Positions 58,091 through 64,000 of a DNA stretch of 64,000 bases are shown here, in pieces; positions within the stretch are counted from its first letter, which is position 1; each line of letters begins with the position of its first letter. Below the pieces are notes generated by a model. That model saw only the letters and a list, made by a program, of their open reading frames with translations, did no database searches and had not been told where the DNA came from. This DNA is from Malacoraja senta. Taxonomy: Eukaryota. The translations under genes were made by a program, and so were the position numbers. Location: NCBI GenBank assembly GCA_038087875.1, contig CM075986.1:13330001-13394000 (forward strand). The letters run 5' to 3'.

Positions 58091-60249
58091 ATCTATCCAT
58101 GTTCCCTCGAGATGTTGCCTGATCTACTGAGTTACTTCAGCATTTGTGTATTTTCTAATTAAATCCACCCACCCCCTTTGACCTTTCTAATAGGCTCTCC
58201 ACAGAAGTTACATGACTCAACCCCAATTTCACCCTGAGAAACCTCTTCTGCACTCCCTGAATATTTTATCATAGGAATTGCACATAATATTCCACATAAA
58301 ACCAGTGATATGTAAAGTTTAGCCGTAGTTTATTATTTTTGCTCTCGCCTACATAGCCAAGAGATCTGCTTTCCCAAACATGTTCTCAACTTTCCTACTC
58401 TCAGGTCCTCTTGTTGTCGCACTTCCTTAATGTAGTTACATTTTAGGTTTAGCTACAATGTACTTAATATTGTCCTCTGTACCTAGGCTCAATGAAAAGC
58501 TTTTTATGCACGCTGTCTAATCATATCAGATAATACTATACATAAATACATGCATGTCAAACTAAAGTACAATAGATAGAGCAAATGGGAAGATACAGGG
58601 TGCAGAATATAGTTCTCACCGTTGTAGGGCATTCCCCTAGACAAAGTTCAATGCATGCATGAGGTAGAGGTGAATCAGGATTTTCCATTAAAAGCAGGAG
58701 GGAATTTAATAAAAAAGACACAAAGTACCCTAGTTTATGGAAGCGTTTGGGTTTTTACTTTATATTGCCTCTCCGTGTTGTTTTTTTCCTATCTAATTTT
58801 TTATGTTGATAATCCAGCTTTTAGCTCCTATGTCCAGTTGATAATTAGTAAGCATAAAGTGCAAAAAACAAACTGCTGGAGGAACACAGTGGGCCGGGCC
58901 AGGTAGCATCTGTCTGTTCTGCTGAGTTCCTCCAACAGTTTGTTCGTTGCTCAAGATTCCAGCATCTGCTGTCTCTGTGCCTTCAGGAATAATTAAGTGC
59001 CAGTTCCTTTGTCATTTTTTTTCTTCATACTGTTTTTTAAAAACTTTTTATTTGACTTTTGAAAATCAAAAAACAAATGCAGATGCTGAAAATTGGAAAT
59101 ATAAACATCATTCCACAGATGCTGCTTAACCTGCTGAGTTTCCAATATTTTCTTGGCTTTGTTTTATTATGTCTGTATCTGTGAGAGATTAAAGAGTAAC
59201 ATCTTGTGTTATGCAATGTGATGTAGAATACAAAACTTTTGATGCTGCACATGAAAGAATTTGCATGAATCATGAATAATTAAATGCATAGGCAAGAGTT
59301 ACTTTATGGCAAATTGCCTTCAAAATAGATTGCTAAAAATAGCAACAGTATGACTTTATTTCCTTTGTACTGAGATCCAGCAGTATAGTGTTGAGTGGTG
59401 TGATTTCAAAATATGTTTCAATTTGAATGGTGCAAAATGGCAACAGAATAATAATGTAAAATACAAAAAAAAAGCATGCTTCTCAATCAAGGTCGGCGAT
59501 TTTAGTAAAATAAATTGGGCTGAATACTAAGTCAAGTTGTCTCAGCAGCTTAGATGTTTGTAATCCATCCCAGCCTTAATGCTAAGCCATTGACAGCCTG
59601 CATTGGTACACGGTTGGCTTAGTTATGTAGAGACCAGCTGTTAAACCTCGGCCATATTATGCAACGTTTGTGGGTCCAGATTTGATGTCTAGCTCGACTC
59701 TGACTTCTGCACTGCAATATACAGGCACTGAAGTCAGAAGTGAGATGACATGACTTTCCCCACAGAAATGGTGGCAAAAACAGAGTAGACTTCAGACAAG
59801 CATGTCCATTTGCCTCATTTTTTAAATGGAGTGCACAATATTTGGATTTCTGAATACTGTTGAGCCACACAAATCATGGAGAATTGGAATATTACAATCA
59901 CCAACTCCAGAAGATGGAATATACCTTTGTGCGGTCACCACAAAGTTTGCACAGAGGACACATTGTTGTTGTATGGTCCTTACTCCTTAGAACACTTATT
60001 ATGCAGTTCATGCATGAATTGGCCAATATCATTAATTATTCTATCCTTTCAGATGCCCTTCCAATTCTCTATCATCACCAAGGTCCTTTAGATATACAGG
60101 TACATCCTCCAATTTAGCATTTCCTCCCTACTTCAGCCCTCTTTCATCTCAACTTCTTCATCTTGCTGCTGCCTCCCAAATCCATGTCCAACTTAGCCAG
60201 CATGCCAAGTTTTTTTACCTTTCTGATCATATTTTTCCCCTTTCCACAG

Positions 60250-60700
60250 TTCATAAATGGTGCACATCTCAGTCAGCAAAGACATCATTTATGAATGTGG
60301 CCTTGCAAAGCTATCCCTTCTTGTCCTATTTGATCTGCCAGCAGCCTTTGATATATCATTCACACCTTCCTCCTCTCATGACTCTCCTCCATTGATAAGA
60401 TGGTTGAGACTGCACTGGGTTAGTTCCATGCTCGTCTACCTTGTCATGTACAGAAAATCATCTCCGAAGACTTCCTCTGGAATTTGAAAAGATCTATCCT
60501 TGGCCTTCTTATAACTCTCATATACACTGGTAATATCCCAAAACCCAATTGTTTCCACATATGGTTCATGACACCCTGCTCTACCTCAGCACCAACTCAC
60601 TGGACTCCATGTTATCTCCCAGTATCACAATGATTGTCCACTTGCAATGCTGGATGAGCAGAAGTTTCTGCCACTTGTTTTCTGTGGTCACTGCGCATAT
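60250..60700 (+). mobile_element. Old L2-type LINE RT fragment
   Basis: VSKDII...LSLLVLFDLPAAFD resembles the L2 VxNDI...LLVLLDLSAAFD motif. Confidence 0.6.
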
Positions 60701-62939
60701 TTCATAGATTTATGGTGCACAATGATTTATTGTATTTATTGTAAGAACATTTATTGTTCTCCATTTAATATAGTCAAGCAGAAGTACGATACTTTGCACT
60801 TGTTGTACTATATCATTATATTTTATACAAAGAGAGCACATTATGTCACTTGTAGAGAACATGGTGTGGGGCTGGAAAAAAATACAAGTTGTGTCACAGA
60901 TTGTGGTCTTAGAAAAAAAACAAGACACAGTATGTTGCCACAAATTGAGTAGAATGAAATAAAATATATTTCATACAAAGATGTGAGTGCTGAATTTTAA
61001 AAGAAAATCCACAAAATCTTGCAGTGGTTGTTTATTCTGCATGTGATAAGTGAGTACAATTCCAACTTAATTTCTCCCTGAAATGGGAACTATTTACAAA
61101 AGCGTTGAAAAAATATAAACAAACCCGTTTATTGGTAATTTTCTGGATAAAGGTGATGGGGTGGGGGCTTTGATAGGCAGATGGTTGGAAGACTGGACTC
61201 AGTACGTTGATACAAAGGACAAAAATAAAACTATCGAGCCCACGGCTCTCCCAGGTTGCCTATCATTATGATGCTCTTACATAGATGGGCAACATTAACA
61301 AGGTTGGGTGAAAATGATGGGAACTGGATGGAGGCCACAGAATCGAGGAAGGCAATACTGAGTAGCCAAGTAGGTGAGTGGGTATAGAAACTGAAAAGTT
61401 CAGAGCTGTGTCAGAGTTGTGGAGAAATCTCAACATCAGTTATAGTAGCAGTAGACATGTCAAAATTAATTCAATCAATGCATATAAGACCTTAGAAACA
61501 CATAAAACAGTAACAGATTTGATTTTGATCTCCCAACTCTCTTGATCTCTGCTATACTGAATGAGAAAAAAAGAAATTGCAATTATAATGAAGATTCAAA
61601 CCACACAAAGGGGCTTTATACCATGGAACTTTTAGTTATAATGAAGGCAAAATTGCAAGTGTTTGCAATTACTGCTCGGTGAAATTAAGCCTTTCCAGAC
61701 CTTCATGCATGTGAATTTAATACAGAATCCTCAAGTTACTTGAAAGCATCCAGCCACTTCTTGTTCCATTTTTCCCAGTTGCTGTGGTTGGAAAGAACAA
61801 AACTGTATCACCATCTGTACAGACAGATAACGAACATTCCAGGCAGCAACAATAGTCAATATTTGTACAAGGTTTGTATTACAATCCCAAACCATTATAG
61901 GCAGAGCAGGAATAGAATAGAAAGTAAGGTAAAGACTGGGTGGTAGAGATAATGGGGTGTCAAAGTGATTCACATTTGAAGGATGAGGCACAGTAAAGAC
62001 ACGCAGAAATTCTTCTTGACCACAGAAATATGGTGGCTGAGAGATCTGTCAGCAATGATGTAAGGGAGTGAAGCAGCAGATGCACAGAAAGGCATAATTC
62101 GAAAAGCAGACGCCTCCTGCTCTGATGTAATGTTTGGCAAGAACGATACAAGGCAATGGAGGAATTTTGAAGCTAACGTACTAGCGATGGTGGACATCAT
62201 TCCCTGCAAGTGAACACCTTGTCACCATTGATAGGAGTCACTCATAAACAGATAGCTGAGATACAAAGCAATGAATGGAAGACATCAGTAAAACATAGAC
62301 CGAGGTTGTGTAAAATAAGAGTCAGGTCTCCCTCAGTGCGAGTTTTTGTCACGGAATTCCAGAAAAAATTGATCAATGAGTGTAGAAACAAGAGCAGTAA
62401 GAGTTAACCAATTATATTGATGAGAGTAAAAGAAAGAGCAGTAAGAGTTAACCAATTAAACTATATGGGTTGTAAGGGAAGACTAAAGAGATGCAAGTTC
62501 AGGACATTACGGAACTACTTTAGCCTGGTGTATTACCATCAACTTGCACAAATGCAGCACCTTTAACATTGTTTCAACCATTTTGCACTGATACCAAACT
62601 GAGGAAGGGCGAGTGGATGAAGGGTTATTTTCAGATAACTGAACGTGGGGCTTCAAAGAATGTGAAGACTTGATAAGAGGAAGAGTTTTCAAATGATGCA
62701 AAACTGGACAAGATTGCAGAGACAGGAAGGAACCAAGGCCACAGAATAAATTAAGTGTGAAAATGTTAAAGTCAAGGCTTTCAGGGACCACGAGCCAAAT
62801 GTAATCAGTGAGCAGTATTAATGGATGGTTGGAACAGCAGCAATATGAGATTAAATTTACAGAAGGGCAGAAGATAAGAAGTCTACCAGTAGAGAATTAG
62901 AATAGTTAAGGCTGGAAGTAAGAGGATGACGGTTGGACG

Positions 62940-63590
62940 TTGTCAAGTGGACGGGCTGAGGTTGTGGAACATGCGGGCAATATTAGCCACGATGCAAATA
63001 GGAGAACACACCAACCTCAAGATGACATTACGGAAATACTGTCAACATGTCTCCTGTCCACCAGATGCCCAATCACCCTTGACCACTGCTACACAACCAA
63101 CAAAGATGTCTACAACTCCGATGATAGACACAAAAAGCTGGAGTAACTCAGCGGGTCAGGCAGTATCTTTGGAGAGATCTTCTCTCCGGATATGCTGCCT
63201 GTCCCGCTGAGTTACTCCAGCTTTTTGTGTCTACCATCGGTTTAAACCAGCATCTGCAGTTCTTTCCTACATGTCTACAGCTCCATTCCCTGCAAGCATC
63301 TTTAACCTCTTCCTACTCTATTCTGAAGTTCCACCTATGTTAAGATCATTATCATTCGGTGTTCAAGAAAACCAAGGTATCGTGTTGTAATGACTACTGT
63401 CTAGTAGCTCATGAAGTGCTTCGAGAGGCTGAAAATGACACACATCAACTCCTGCCTCTCAGAAAGCCTTGATCCACTGCAATTTACCTACTGCCACAAC
63501 CGTTCCACCACAGACACGACCTCATGGCCCTACAGTGATTCCTGGAACATCTGGATGACAAGGACACCTACATCAGACTCCTATTTGCGG
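62940..63590 (+). mobile_element. Rex1/Babar-like LINE internal fragments, interrupted by a palindromic PLE-derived repeat (63120-63272)
   Basis: MKCFERL...LDPLQFTY..NRST peptide; upstream QHVSCP..TLDHCYT endonuclease motif. Confidence 0.7.
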
Positions 63591-64000
63591 ATGATACAAA
63601 ACTGGGAGGCAGTTTGAACTGCGAGGAGGATGCTATGAGGATGCAGGATGACTTGGATAGGTTGGGTGAGTAGGCAGATGCATGGCAGATTCAGTATAAT
63701 GTGGATAAATGTGAGGTTATCCACTTTGGTGGCAAGAACAAGAAGGCAGATTTTTATCTGAATTGTGTCAGATTAGGAAAAGGGGAGGTGCAACGAGACC
63801 AAGGTATCCTTGTACATCAGTCACTGAAAGTAAGCATGCAGGTATAGCAGGCAGTGAAGAAAGCAAATGGCATGTTGGCCTTCATAGCGAGGTAATTTGA
63901 GTAGAGGAGCAAGGAGGTCCTCCTGCAGTTGTATAGGGCCCTGGTGAGCCACACCTGGAGTATTTTGTGCAGTTTTGGTCTCCTAGTTTTGAGGAAATAT
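63590..64000 (+). mobile_element. CR1 LINE fragment, continues past the window end
   Basis: Colinear with 31900-32310 (ADDTKL...LVRPHLEY region). Confidence 0.85.

Noticed and set aside
62390-62458. 25-bp direct repeat aagagcagtaagagttaaccaatta
   Set aside because: Only two copies; ordinary local duplication

Overview
Repeat-rich vertebrate genomic DNA, not prokaryotic. The repeat complement (CR1/HER1-type LINEs, V-SINE/HE1-type tRNA SINEs, Tx1, Rex1, RTE, L2, Penelope) suggests a cartilaginous fish, probably a skate or ray (inference). One intact protein-coding gene is supported: a minus-strand class I ADP-ribosylation factor. It has a CpG-island first exon at about 56.45 kb and four coding exons (145/111/125/162 nt, all GT-AG) encoding a 180-aa, unusually divergent ARF1/2/3-like GTPase. 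The rest is transposon debris, a 200-N scaffold gap, several repeat-free motif-dense islands that look like developmental enhancers, and possibly a decayed gene downstream of ARF. The most striking unexplained structure is a very abundant family of short (about 90-300 bp) Penelope-derived elements. They carry a minimal hammerhead-ribozyme core with covarying stem II, are often arranged as inverted pairs (one is a perfect 138-bp palindrome), and are flanked by 9-16 bp target-site duplications. Repeat boundaries are estimated by eye and family names come from recalled motifs, not database searches.
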